The translations under genes and the position numbers were made by a program. The notes under the pieces are model-generated. The model was given only the letters and a program-made list of their open reading frames with translations. It made no database searches and was not told the DNA's origin. Positions 1 through 8,938 of a stretch of DNA of 52,139 bases are shown here, piece by piece; position 1 is the first letter of the stretch; each line of letters begins with the position of its first letter. Source of the stretch: a virus (lineage: Duplodnaviria > Caudoviricetes); the IMG/VR virus record IMGVR_UViG_3300030419_007825, positions 1-52,139 of that record. One strand, given 5' to 3'.

Positions 1-110
1 GCTTGACACATGCTGTTGAGAAGTTTAAGGACTTTGGGCTAGCATCGCATGTCACGCTCCTTAAGGGAGAGCGCTCTAGAGTTGCAACCTTTGCCGCACA
101 GAATTTGTGA
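1..110 (+). CDS. phoH: PhoH-like ATPase, C-terminal fragment (truncated by window start)
   Basis: Not in the ORF track. The frame starting at nt 3 reads LTHAVEKFKDFGLASHVTLLKGERSRVATFAAQNL* (TGA 108-110), matching the typical PhoH-family C-terminus (GL..AVEKF.....H..L.KGERS..A..A...L). Confidence 0.75.
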   Translation, partial: LTHAVEKFKDFGLASHVTLLKGERSRVATFAAQNL

Positions 111-117
111 GATTAAA

Positions 118-363
118 ATGGAACTAGAAAATATGGAATTAGCCTCAACTTTGTCGGTTGAAACCCCTCTTAAACAGATGGTTGTTGATTACATCGGGGA
201 AAGGCTAGATCCCGAAGATGGCGACGTAACAGTTCAGATGGCCGTAGATGTGTTCGCTCTGGAATTCCCGGAGTTTCTGTTAGCAGTAGCCGAAGAAAAT
301 TTCCTTCGGGGCTATGAGCAGGCGTTAACTGATATGGCTGCTACCATGAATAAGCAAGAGTAA
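118..363 (+). CDS. Hypothetical acidic protein
   Basis: ORF track gives 49..363, but that overlaps the phoH end, so ATG 118 (MELENMEL...) is the more likely start. The stop overlaps the next start (TAATG). Confidence 0.65.
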   Translation: MELENMELASTLSVETPLKQMVVDYIGERLDPEDGDVTVQMAVDVFALEFPEFLLAVAEENFLRGYEQALTDMAATMNKQE

Positions 364-983
364 TGGAATATTATATCTACAACGTTCCTTTATTCGTGGT
401 TGATAGGCCCGATGAAAGCGTGCACATTGGAGAGTTCTGTTCGGAAGTAGAGGATTACTTGGCGCCTGGTCTCTTAAGAGATGTAGAAGTTATCTATATT
501 GGCAACTTTAAAGAGTTGGGAGACAGAAATGCTATGTTCTCTAACGGAGGCATTTATATGACTTCTCTAGAGCCCACTACTTTTGATATGGTGGAGAATT
601 TTGTTCACGAGGTAGCTCACTCGCTTGAGCAGCGCTATGGACCACACATATATAGTGACGAGTTGATAACAGAATTTAAAGGCAAGCGAGAGCGACTCCG
701 TCATGCGCTGGAAGCAGAAGGTTTTTATATTAACCCGGCGCTTTATCAGTTTTCGGAGTATAATAGAAAATTTGATGACTTCTTGGCTAATACGGTAGGA
801 TACCCCACGCTGCTAACACTAACGATGGGCCTCTTTTGTTCTCCCTATGGAGCCACATCAATCCAAGAGTATTTTGCAAACGGATTTGAAAAATACTTTC
901 TTGATAACCCCCGGGCGGTGAGAGATATCTCTCCGACCCTGTACGAAAAGATTGAAGAAATAATTAATGACAACGAAACGTGA
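363..983 (+). CDS. Zincin-like metallopeptidase-fold protein
   Basis: HExxH motif (FVHEVAHSLE) plus downstream EYFANGF, a typical third-ligand motif of zincin domains. Confidence 0.6.
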   Translation: MEYYIYNVPLFVVDRPDESVHIGEFCSEVEDYLAPGLLRDVEVIYIGNFKELGDRNAMFSNGGIYMTSLEPTTFDMVENFVHEVAHSLEQRYGPHIYSDELITEFKGKRERLRHALEAEGFYINPALYQFSEYNRKFDDFLANTVGYPTLLTLTMGLFCSPYGATSIQEYFANGFEKYFLDNPRAVRDISPTLYEKIEEIINDNET

Positions 984-1749
984 ACATATATCGTATTCAG
1001 AACTAAAAGATTGGGCTCATTGCCCACACTATCACAAGAAAGCATGGGTGGAAAAGGTTGCTCCCTTTGAGGGCAACGAATATACTGCCTTCGGTAGTGC
1101 AATCCATGACGTCTGCGAGAAAAAACTCCTTAAGGAAGATATTAACGAGACAGAGGTATTCCAGATTGGATTCAATAAGCGGCTGCAGGAATTGGTTGAA
1201 AAAAATATAGAGGTAAATCCACAGAATGTTGAGCAGATGAAAACAGCTGGGCCCGCAATCCTAGCGGAAGTTGAAGATGCCTTGGAAGAATATTTTGGTG
1301 ACTATGAGGTTTTCTCGTCGGAGGAAATGTTATATGTTCCCATCGAGAATTTTAATATTTTCTTTAAAGGTTTTGTTGATGCCGTCGTTAAGGTAGGAGA
1401 CACCTATCATTTATTCGACTGGAAGACTTGCTCATGGGGATGGGATTCGCGCAAGAAAGCAGAAAAGCTCGTCACATATCAGCTTACACTGTATAAGCAT
1501 TTTTTCTGTTTGAAGCACAAAATCGACCCGACTAAGGTAGAAACACACTTTGCGCTTCTTAAAAGAACAGCCAAAAAAGACCGGGTAGAGATATTTAGAG
1601 TAACGAGCGGTCCGAGAAAAACGGAAAACGCGCTTAAACTTCTCTACCAAGCAATATACAATATAACCAAAAAGTTTGCCATTAAAAATCGGCTGAATTG
1701 CCACAAGCCGTATCCGTGCAAGCTGCTCAATACCGAACATTGTCGTTAG
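967..1749 (+). CDS. Cas4/RecB-like PD-(D/E)XK exonuclease with probable Fe-S cluster
   Basis: N-terminal ISYSEL...CP, GSAIH, KGFVDAV...DWKT, YQL..Y, and a C-terminal Cys cluster (NCHKPYPCKLLNTEHC). Confidence 0.8.
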   Translation: MTTKREHISYSELKDWAHCPHYHKKAWVEKVAPFEGNEYTAFGSAIHDVCEKKLLKEDINETEVFQIGFNKRLQELVEKNIEVNPQNVEQMKTAGPAILAEVEDALEEYFGDYEVFSSEEMLYVPIENFNIFFKGFVDAVVKVGDTYHLFDWKTCSWGWDSRKKAEKLVTYQLTLYKHFFCLKHKIDPTKVETHFALLKRTAKKDRVEIFRVTSGPRKTENALKLLYQAIYNITKKFAIKNRLNCHKPYPCKLLNTEHCR

Positions 1750-1757
1750 GAGACAAA

Positions 1758-3008
1758 ATGTCAGATAAAATCAAGATCTTTACGATCAGTGACCATCCTC
1801 TATCGCCTTCTGGGGTGGGCACCCAAACAAAATATATCATTGAAGGTATGCTTAAGACTGGAAAGTATCAATTCATTAGCTTTGGCGGTGCCATGCAGCA
1901 CCCTAATCATCAGCCTCAGAAAACTGAACAGTGGGGAGAGGATTGGATTATTTGGCCGGTTGATGGTTACGGCAATCCGGATATGGTGAGAGCCATGATA
2001 AACCAGAATAAGCCTGATATTTTATGGTTTATGACAGATCCTCGTTTTTATGGTTGGTTGTGGCAGATTGAGAATGAGATTCGCGTTAACGTTCCCATGG
2101 TTTATTATCATGTGTGGGACAACTATCCCTATCCTACTTTTAACCGACCCTATTATCTGTCCAACGATCACATTGCTTGTATTTCTAAGTTGACTTATGA
2201 TATTGTACAAAACGTTGCGCCCGAAGTGGACTCTTCTTATATTCCACATGCGGTGGATGGGGATATTTTTAAGCCCTTAGACCCCAAAAAGAGTGCCGAA
2301 TTTAAGATTTCCAAGGGCTTGGGCAAGAAGTTTGTTTGTTTCTGGAATAGTCGAAACGCCCGGCGAAAACAATCAGGTACTCTTATCTGGTGGTTTAAGG
2401 AATTCTTGGATCGGGTGGGCCACGACAACGCATGCCTCATTATGCATACTGATACGAAAGATGTTCATGGTCAGGACTTAGAAGCAATAATTGCTGAACT
2501 GGGCCTAGTCAATGGCGAGGTATTGTTCTCCCGAGATAAATTAAGCGCTGCAGATCTTTCAGTTGTTTACAATATGGCCGACGTTACTCTTTGCATCTCT
2601 GATGCCGAGGGATTTGGTCTATCAACGTTGGAGTCTCTCTCCAGCGGAACGCCTATCATTGTTAATATGACCGGAGGCCTTCAGGATCAAGTGACGGATG
2701 GCGAGAATTGGTATGGGATTGGCATCGAGCCAAGCTCTAAGGCTATTATCGGCTCTCAACAGGTGCCTTATATTTATGAAGACCGCATGAGTAAGGACGA
2801 CTTCTTGGATGCTCTAGAAAAAATATATAACATGAGCACCAAAGAACGCCACGAATTAGGCCTTAAAGGGTCCGAATGGGCGCGCAATTTCTTTGGGTTT
2901 GACAAGTTCATCGAGCGATGGGATGAATTGTTTACTTCAATTCATGAAAACAAGGGTTCGTGGGAACATCGCGAAGGTTACACACCATATGAAGTGAGGG
3001 TATATTAA
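1758..3008 (+). CDS. Glycosyltransferase, GT-B fold (GT4-like)
   Basis: AEGFGLSTLESLSSGTP (ExFG...E) motif and SRNARRK. SD AGGAG before ATG 1758 (ORF track start 1698 is probably too early). Confidence 0.85.
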   Translation: MSDKIKIFTISDHPLSPSGVGTQTKYIIEGMLKTGKYQFISFGGAMQHPNHQPQKTEQWGEDWIIWPVDGYGNPDMVRAMINQNKPDILWFMTDPRFYGWLWQIENEIRVNVPMVYYHVWDNYPYPTFNRPYYLSNDHIACISKLTYDIVQNVAPEVDSSYIPHAVDGDIFKPLDPKKSAEFKISKGLGKKFVCFWNSRNARRKQSGTLIWWFKEFLDRVGHDNACLIMHTDTKDVHGQDLEAIIAELGLVNGEVLFSRDKLSAADLSVVYNMADVTLCISDAEGFGLSTLESLSSGTPIIVNMTGGLQDQVTDGENWYGIGIEPSSKAIIGSQQVPYIYEDRMSKDDFLDALEKIYNMSTKERHELGLKGSEWARNFFGFDKFIERWDELFTSIHENKGSWEHREGYTPYEVRVY

Positions 3009-3009
3009 G

Positions 3010-4263
3010 ATGAAAAAGATTTTGATAAAAGGACCGGTCTTGTCGCGCTCGGGCTATGGTGAGCAAGCGCGCTTTGCCCTAAGGGCTTTACGTAGTCGTG
3101 CGGACATATTTGACATTTATATTCTGAATATCCCATGGGGATCTACGGGGTGGTTGAGCGCAAGATCCGAAGAGACTGAGTTTATTAATTTTGCCATCAT
3201 GAAAACGGCTCAATATATCCAAGCTGGCGGCCGATTTGATATATCCCTACAGGTCACGGTACCCAATGAGTTTGAGAAAATAGCTCCTCTGAACATTGGA
3301 TACACGGCGGGCATTGAAACAAATAAGGTAGCCCCACAGTGGATTGAGAAAGGGAACGCGTCCGTCGATAAGATCATCGTTGTATCTAATCATGCTAAAA
3401 AGGTTTTTGAAGAAACCAAGTATTCCATTCAAAACAGCCAGACGGGCCAACTCATTGAAGACTGGGGACTGCAGGTCCCCGTTACGGCCGTCAACTATCC
3501 TGTGCGCCTATCGGATCCGGACCCATTAGATATCGAATTCACCACCGACAAGAACTTCCTGGTTGTTTCTCAATGGGGCCCTCGAAAGAATCTAGATAAT
3601 ACTATTAGATGGTTTGTGGAGGAGTTTCATGACGATGAGACGGTAGGGTTGGTATTGAAAACAAACACGGCTGCCGACTCTATCATGGACAGGGAGCACA
3701 CTGCTGCCCGGTTGCAATCTTTATTGGGCGCCCATCCTGATAGAAAATGCAAGGTTTATTTAGTTCACGGAGAAGTGACGCCTTCACATCTGACGTGGCT
3801 ATATCAACATCCCACCATGAAAGCGCTTATCAATATCGCACATGGGGAGGGATTTGGTTTACCCCTTTTTGAGGCGGCATACAACGGCCTTCCCTTGATT
3901 ACTGTTCCGTGGAGCGGTCAGATGGACTTTATTTGCAAGCCGAACAAAAAAGGGAAGAACTATCCTCGGGTTATTAAAGTTGATTTTAACATCGATAAGG
4001 TACAGAAATCAGCTGTTTGGAAGGGTGTGATCCAGGAAGACTCAATGTGGGCGCATGCAAAAGAAGGGTCCTATAAAGCAGGCCTCCGTGCAGCTATAGA
4101 TAAAGAGGGACATCACCGAAAAGAAGCCATAGCCCTCCAGAAACATATACTGGAGAATTTTACCGAGGAAGAGATGTATAAGCAGTTTGCTGAAAATGTT
4201 TATAATCCTTCGGAGGAGGAGATGGAGTGGCTAGCAGCCCTCTCTGAAATAGAGATATTATAA
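3010..4263 (+). CDS. Glycosyltransferase, GT-B fold (GT4-like)
   Basis: SGYG N-terminal motif, PRKN, and HGEGFGLPLFEAA. Confidence 0.85.
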   Translation: MKKILIKGPVLSRSGYGEQARFALRALRSRADIFDIYILNIPWGSTGWLSARSEETEFINFAIMKTAQYIQAGGRFDISLQVTVPNEFEKIAPLNIGYTAGIETNKVAPQWIEKGNASVDKIIVVSNHAKKVFEETKYSIQNSQTGQLIEDWGLQVPVTAVNYPVRLSDPDPLDIEFTTDKNFLVVSQWGPRKNLDNTIRWFVEEFHDDETVGLVLKTNTAADSIMDREHTAARLQSLLGAHPDRKCKVYLVHGEVTPSHLTWLYQHPTMKALINIAHGEGFGLPLFEAAYNGLPLITVPWSGQMDFICKPNKKGKNYPRVIKVDFNIDKVQKSAVWKGVIQEDSMWAHAKEGSYKAGLRAAIDKEGHHRKEAIALQKHILENFTEEEMYKQFAENVYNPSEEEMEWLAALSEIEIL

Positions 4264-5114
4264 TGAAGGTTTTATTTGTTGCCGACCACTATCAGGAACA
4301 AATGAAATTTGGCGGAGGAGAAAACAACGATTCGGTTTTAATTCATCATCTCCGAAGTCATGACAATGTCGATATAACGTGCCTATACACTTCCACCACA
4401 ACTGTGGACCAAATGCGGGAGTACGATAAGGTCATTGTTGGAAACTTTATCTTTTTAAGCGAAGAAGCAAAACAATATTTGATCAACAATAAGAAATACT
4501 TGATCTATGAGCATGATCATAAATATGTAAAAACTAGAGATCCCTCAAAATTTGTAGACTTTATAGTTCCTTCCGATCAATTGGTTAATAGAGATTTTTA
4601 TGAAGGAAGTGATCAAGTAGTGGTTTTGAGCAAGATTTGCGAGGAAGTGTTAACAACGAATATTCCAGCCGCCAAGGTGCACAGTATTGGCTGCAGCTTA
4701 TGGACAAAGGACTTTTTTCATTTAGTTAAAAATTTAGAGTTATCTCCGAAGACGAGAGATGTGTGTATACTTCAAAGTCCCAATCCTACTAAAAATTATG
4801 CAGCCACTGTTAACTATTGCATTGCGAAGGGTCTGGATTATACCGCCATCTTTTCCCCAAGTCACACAAAGTTTCTAGAACAGATGGCATGCCATAAGAG
4901 ATTTTTATTTATGCCCACGGTACTAGAAACGTTTTCGCGTGTTTGCGCAGAAGCCAAAATGTTAGGACTTCAAATAATTACAAATCCAAAAATGATCGGG
5001 ATGTTTAGTGAAACATGTAGCAGCCTTTCTGGGTCTGAACTCCAATCGGCGCTATTAGAACGAAATGAAAGAGCCTTAAAATATTTTTCGGATTGGGTAT
5101 TATCCGATGGTTAG
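4263..5114 (+). CDS. Putative glycosyltransferase (GT-B, divergent)
   Basis: GGGE N-terminal loop, YEHDH, and ETFSRVCAEAKMLG (E-x7-E GT4-like motif). Confidence 0.65.
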   Translation: MKVLFVADHYQEQMKFGGGENNDSVLIHHLRSHDNVDITCLYTSTTTVDQMREYDKVIVGNFIFLSEEAKQYLINNKKYLIYEHDHKYVKTRDPSKFVDFIVPSDQLVNRDFYEGSDQVVVLSKICEEVLTTNIPAAKVHSIGCSLWTKDFFHLVKNLELSPKTRDVCILQSPNPTKNYAATVNYCIAKGLDYTAIFSPSHTKFLEQMACHKRFLFMPTVLETFSRVCAEAKMLGLQIITNPKMIGMFSETCSSLSGSELQSALLERNERALKYFSDWVLSDG

Positions 5115-5976
5115 AATAGGCTTGGCATCCGATCATAATGGCGTCGCACTAAAAAAGGAAATGGCGGAGTTTCTGCGTAAATTAGAAGATGTGTGTATTG
5201 TAGATTTGGGCCCCTTTGAAGAGGGTAAAAAAGTAGACTATGTTGATTATGCCAATCAATTGGCACAAATTTTATCTAATGGAGATGTTGATAAAGGCAT
5301 CTTAATATGTGGTACGGGCGTTGGCATGAGTATTGCTGCCAATCGGTTTGAGAAAGTCCGGGCTGCTCTTGTTCATAACATCCTCACCGCTCCAAAGTGC
5401 CGGGAACACAATGATGCCAATGTACTGTGCTTGGGAGCGTGGGTGGCAACGGCAGAGGAAAACTTTAAGATACTTGAGTCTTGGTTGGAGACGGATTTCG
5501 GCCATGGCCGACACGTCAAAAGGGTGGAGAAATTATCTACTTCCAAGCAAAAGATTGTTTTTACAAATGGTGTTTTTGATATTCTTCATGCTGGTCACAT
5601 CAATTTGCTAAATTTTGCTAAGTCCTTAGGGGATAAGCTGATTGTGGGCATCAATTCCGATGCAAGCGTTCGGTCAATTAAAGGGGAGAATCGCCCAGTG
5701 AATAAGGAGACTGATCGCAAGGCACTGCTGGAGGCCCTCGCTCCGGTGGATGAGGTGATAATTTTTGATGACGAAAAGGCCCACACTTTAGTACTCGAAG
5801 TCAGTCCATCTGTGCTCGTGAAGGGAGGGGAGTGGACAGCCGACGAGGTCCGCGCTCGCGATGGAATACCCCCAGAGGTGGAGATTAAAATTTACCCGAT
5901 TGTGGGGGACTATTCTACAACTGCTATTATTAAGAAAATTCATGAAAAAGATGATTGGAAAAAGCAAGGATCCTAA
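5107..5976 (+). CDS. Fusion of an RpiB/LacAB sugar-phosphate isomerase with an HldC/RfaE-II-like sugar-1-phosphate nucleotidyltransferase
   Basis: N-half has ASDHNG, DYVDY, ICGTGVGMSIAANR, REHNDANVLCLG, GRHVKRV (RpiB). C-half has FTNGVFDILHAGH, GINSDASVRSIKGENRP, KGG and YSTT (HldC-type, HxGH). Confidence 0.9.
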   Translation: MVRIGLASDHNGVALKKEMAEFLRKLEDVCIVDLGPFEEGKKVDYVDYANQLAQILSNGDVDKGILICGTGVGMSIAANRFEKVRAALVHNILTAPKCREHNDANVLCLGAWVATAEENFKILESWLETDFGHGRHVKRVEKLSTSKQKIVFTNGVFDILHAGHINLLNFAKSLGDKLIVGINSDASVRSIKGENRPVNKETDRKALLEALAPVDEVIIFDDEKAHTLVLEVSPSVLVKGGEWTADEVRARDGIPPEVEIKIYPIVGDYSTTAIIKKIHEKDDWKKQGS

Positions 5977-6877
5977 AAGGGTTTTGGTGTTGGGAGATTC
6001 CATTTTAGACCATGATATTGTCTGCAATGCAATGGGTCTTTCTTTGGAGACGCCGACTTTAAAAGCCCGTCTTCATTCGGAGAGTTACAAATTCGGTGGC
6101 GCCGCCAACGTTGTTAATAATTTATTAGCTCTCGGATCTTTTGTAACTTACGTTACTCCTGTGGCTGCCGATAAATATGAGTCAAAGTACCATAAGTGGG
6201 AGCATCCTCGATTAGATCTGATCCCCCTTAGTTACCAGGGACAAAACATAGTAAAGTCTCGATATTGGATCAAGCGCGGTGAACACTCTTATAAGCACCT
6301 TCAAATTAACCAAGGAACCTTATTTGTCGACGTGGAAAAAGCGCTAAAGACGATTAGCGATATTGTAGTCGAGGGGATATATGATGCAATCATTTTAGTG
6401 GACTATCGAGGCGGCCTATTTTCCAGGAATGAAGTCAGTCGTAAGTTGGTAGAGGCGATATCATCTACTCATTCATGTGTTTATGCCGCATCGCAAGTGT
6501 CGGATAGGGAGAGTCAATACTCACTTTTTGAAGGGGTAGATGTTATTTGTTTGAATGAACAAGAAGCGCGCTCAGAGCTTGAAGATTTTAGTCCAATCCC
6601 CGAGGATATTTTGCGTCTTTCTCGGCATTTGGATACCAGAGTTTGTGTTACATTGGGATCGCATGGAAGCACTCTACATACTCGTATCGACACTGTTGAA
6701 AGTGCTGATGCCTATAGTGTGGCCGTTAAAGATACTTGCGGCGCCGGCGACAGTTTCCTCGCCGCCCTAGTGGCATCAGACGAGGATTTAGAGTTTAGCA
6801 ATAAGTGGGCCGCAGCATCGACACAACAGATAGGAACAAGTGTCCCTAACTTAGAAGAGGTGTTGGCATGGGAATAA
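5951..6877 (+). CDS. PfkB/ribokinase-family sugar kinase, HldA/RfaE-I-like
   Basis: VLVLGDSILD, SLETP, GGAANV, LNEQEA, VTLGSHG, DTCGAGDSF. Likely start is ATG 5951 (or 5942). Confidence 0.85.
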   Translation: MIGKSKDPKRVLVLGDSILDHDIVCNAMGLSLETPTLKARLHSESYKFGGAANVVNNLLALGSFVTYVTPVAADKYESKYHKWEHPRLDLIPLSYQGQNIVKSRYWIKRGEHSYKHLQINQGTLFVDVEKALKTISDIVVEGIYDAIILVDYRGGLFSRNEVSRKLVEAISSTHSCVYAASQVSDRESQYSLFEGVDVICLNEQEARSELEDFSPIPEDILRLSRHLDTRVCVTLGSHGSTLHTRIDTVESADAYSVAVKDTCGAGDSFLAALVASDEDLEFSNKWAAASTQQIGTSVPNLEEVLAWE

Positions 6878-7548
6878 AAGACAGGGTTTTAGAGGCCAAT
6901 CAATGGATTGTAGATAAAGGCCTTGTTGAGCTAACATGGGGGAATGTGAGTGCGGTGGCGACCAATGGGGATTCGGTGGTTATTAAGCCATCGGGAGTTC
7001 AATTAGATACCACTACCAGAGATGACATGGCTGCCGTTGATTGGGATGGTAATCATCTTTCGGGACAAAAACCGTCGGTAGATACCCCATCTCATTTGGC
7101 TTTGTATAATAGCTTTCCTGAAATTGCTAGCATTGTTCACACGCATTCTAAGTATGCTACTATATTCGCCCAAGCGGGGCACCCAATTCCGTGCTTGGGG
7201 ACAACACATGCCGATTATTTTTATGGGGATGTTCCCTGTGTGCCCCACCCCCCCGAGAAGGAAGTCGAAAATGACTACGAGGAAAATACTGGCCGAATAA
7301 TAGGTGAATATTTTAGCGAGAATGAGTTAAACTGTTTGTATATTCCGGGATGTGTGGTAAAGGGACATGGAGTTTTTACATGGGGTCAAACGATAGAAGC
7401 CGCCTTGGAAAATGCATATGTGCTAGAGGTGGTAGCAGAAATGGCATATAAAACGTTGATGCTGGACCGCTATAGTTGCTTGGCTGATTTTGTTTTAGAA
7501 AAGCATTTCGGCCGCAAACATGGGGATACTAAATATTATGGCCAGTGA
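6868..7548 (+). CDS. araD: L-ribulose-5-phosphate 4-epimerase (AraD/UlaF/SgbE-like, class II aldolase fold)
   Basis: TWGNVS, IKPSGV, KPSVDTPSH, HTHS, GTTHADYFYG, HGVFTWG, and C-terminal KHFGRKHG..YYGQ, all diagnostic of AraD. Confidence 0.85.
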   Translation: MGIKDRVLEANQWIVDKGLVELTWGNVSAVATNGDSVVIKPSGVQLDTTTRDDMAAVDWDGNHLSGQKPSVDTPSHLALYNSFPEIASIVHTHSKYATIFAQAGHPIPCLGTTHADYFYGDVPCVPHPPEKEVENDYEENTGRIIGEYFSENELNCLYIPGCVVKGHGVFTWGQTIEAALENAYVLEVVAEMAYKTLMLDRYSCLADFVLEKHFGRKHGDTKYYGQ

Positions 7549-7951
7549 AATTAAGTACGGACCGCAAGAGTTGCCTCCTATTGATAGCGTGGTGAAAGAG
7601 GTGCACAAATATTGGGGAGACATGAAGACCCTCTTTGAAAATGATCAATATTCTGTAAAGAGAATATTCATGAAAAAGGGAACCCAAAGTAGTTTAGAAT
7701 ACCATGTTAAAAAAGAGGAATCTTACTACATAGAATCCGGGAAGTTGAAAGTAGGTACTCGCATAGGCCGCGCCCGAAACACCTCTCTCGTGTTAAACCA
7801 AGGTGATGTATTTCATATTCCACTGGGATTTATGCATATGAGGATAGCCCTAGAGGATACGGTCATCATAGAGTTTTCTACTCTGGATGACGATGCTGAT
7901 TCTCACATAGTAGAGGACGGCAAAACTTATGTTCATAAGGAGGAAGAATAA
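7538..7951 (+). CDS. Cupin, sugar-isomerase-like (mannose-6-phosphate/lyxose isomerase type)
   Basis: KYWG, SLEYHVKKEESYYIESG, GDVFHIPLGFMH and IIEFST cupin motifs. Confidence 0.75.
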   Translation: MASEIKYGPQELPPIDSVVKEVHKYWGDMKTLFENDQYSVKRIFMKKGTQSSLEYHVKKEESYYIESGKLKVGTRIGRARNTSLVLNQGDVFHIPLGFMHMRIALEDTVIIEFSTLDDDADSHIVEDGKTYVHKEEE

Positions 7952-7952
7952 G

Positions 7953-8621
7953 ATGAAGTTATTTATTGATACAGCAAATTTAGATGAGATTAGTACTGCT
8001 CTAGAGTATGGTCTCGCACAGGGGGTAACAACAAATCCCTCTCTGCTGGCTAAAGAGCCGCAAGCAGACTTTTATGCTCATATCCAGAGGATTGCTGATG
8101 TGTGCACCGAGTTAAGCCCGGATATTCCTTTGTCCGTAGAGGTTTTCGCACAAACACCAGATGCAATGATCGACCAGGCCCATCATATCGTGGGAACAAT
8201 TAAATACACTAATTTAAATATCAAAATCCCCGTGGGGTTTGATGAAATGAGGGTGGTAAAAGCCCTCAGCAATGATGGGGTGAGGGTGAACTGTACTTGC
8301 TGTTTTACAGCCACTCAGATGCAGCTCGCCGCAGCCGCTGGCGCTCGTTATGTATCACTTTTTTACAATCGCGCTCTGGACAGCCAGATCGACGCCCTGC
8401 AAACTCTGCGCCGCACTAGAAAATTTATTGATACTAATCTTCTCAATTGTGAGATCATTGCGGGAAGTATTAGAAATGCTTATGACCTTGAGGACTGTTG
8501 GGATGCTGGGTGCGATATTGTAACAGCAGGGATGCCAGCCATACGCAAGTCGGTCGCGCACTTAAAGACAGACGAATCAGTGGAAGGGTTTTTGAAGGAT
8601 TTTGCAGCATGGATCGAATGA
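7953..8621 (+). CDS. Transaldolase (short TalC/FSA family)
   Basis: FIDTAN, GVTTNPSL, SVEV, catalytic Lys in IKIP, VNCT, YVSLFYNR, AGSIR. SD AGGAGG upstream of ATG 7953. Confidence 0.9.
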   Translation: MKLFIDTANLDEISTALEYGLAQGVTTNPSLLAKEPQADFYAHIQRIADVCTELSPDIPLSVEVFAQTPDAMIDQAHHIVGTIKYTNLNIKIPVGFDEMRVVKALSNDGVRVNCTCCFTATQMQLAAAAGARYVSLFYNRALDSQIDALQTLRRTRKFIDTNLLNCEIIAGSIRNAYDLEDCWDAGCDIVTAGMPAIRKSVAHLKTDESVEGFLKDFAAWIE

Positions 8622-8938
8622 CTTACGTAATTGATATTGACGACACCATATGTCGTACCAACGGCAGCGATTACGAAAATTCCCAACCTCTAAATGACCG
8701 GATTGCAGCGATAAATAAGTTGTATGAGGAGGGGCATACCATATTGTTTTTAACCGCTCGTGGAATGTGTCGAAACAACAATGATCAATTAGGCGCGATC
8801 GCTGAATTGTACAATTTTACCCACGATCAACTTGTGGCCTGGGGAGTTAAATTTCATAAATTGTTTTTGGGCAAGCCGGCTGGGGATGTGTACATAGACG
8901 ACAAAGCCTGTAAGGATACGGATTTTTTTGATGTATGA
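8618..8938 (+). CDS. Small capless HAD-superfamily phosphatase (capsule-biosynthesis type)
   Basis: DIDDT (DxD motif I), TAR (motif II), GKP..DVYIDDK (motifs III/IV). ATGA overlap with the transaldolase stop. Confidence 0.8.
   Translation: MTYVIDIDDTICRTNGSDYENSQPLNDRIAAINKLYEEGHTILFLTARGMCRNNNDQLGAIAELYNFTHDQLVAWGVKFHKLFLGKPAGDVYIDDKACKDTDFFDV

Noticed and set aside
967-1749. CRISPR-Cas system
   Set aside because: No repeat-spacer array and no other cas genes were seen, and the window has almost no intergenic space.
7953-8621. Cyanophage-style talC auxiliary metabolic gene for the pentose phosphate pathway
   Set aside because: It is embedded among sugar kinase, phosphatase and nucleotidyltransferase genes, has divergent motifs (SLFYNR rather than SPFVGR), and has no zwf, gnd or cp12 nearby. 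A biosynthetic role fits better.
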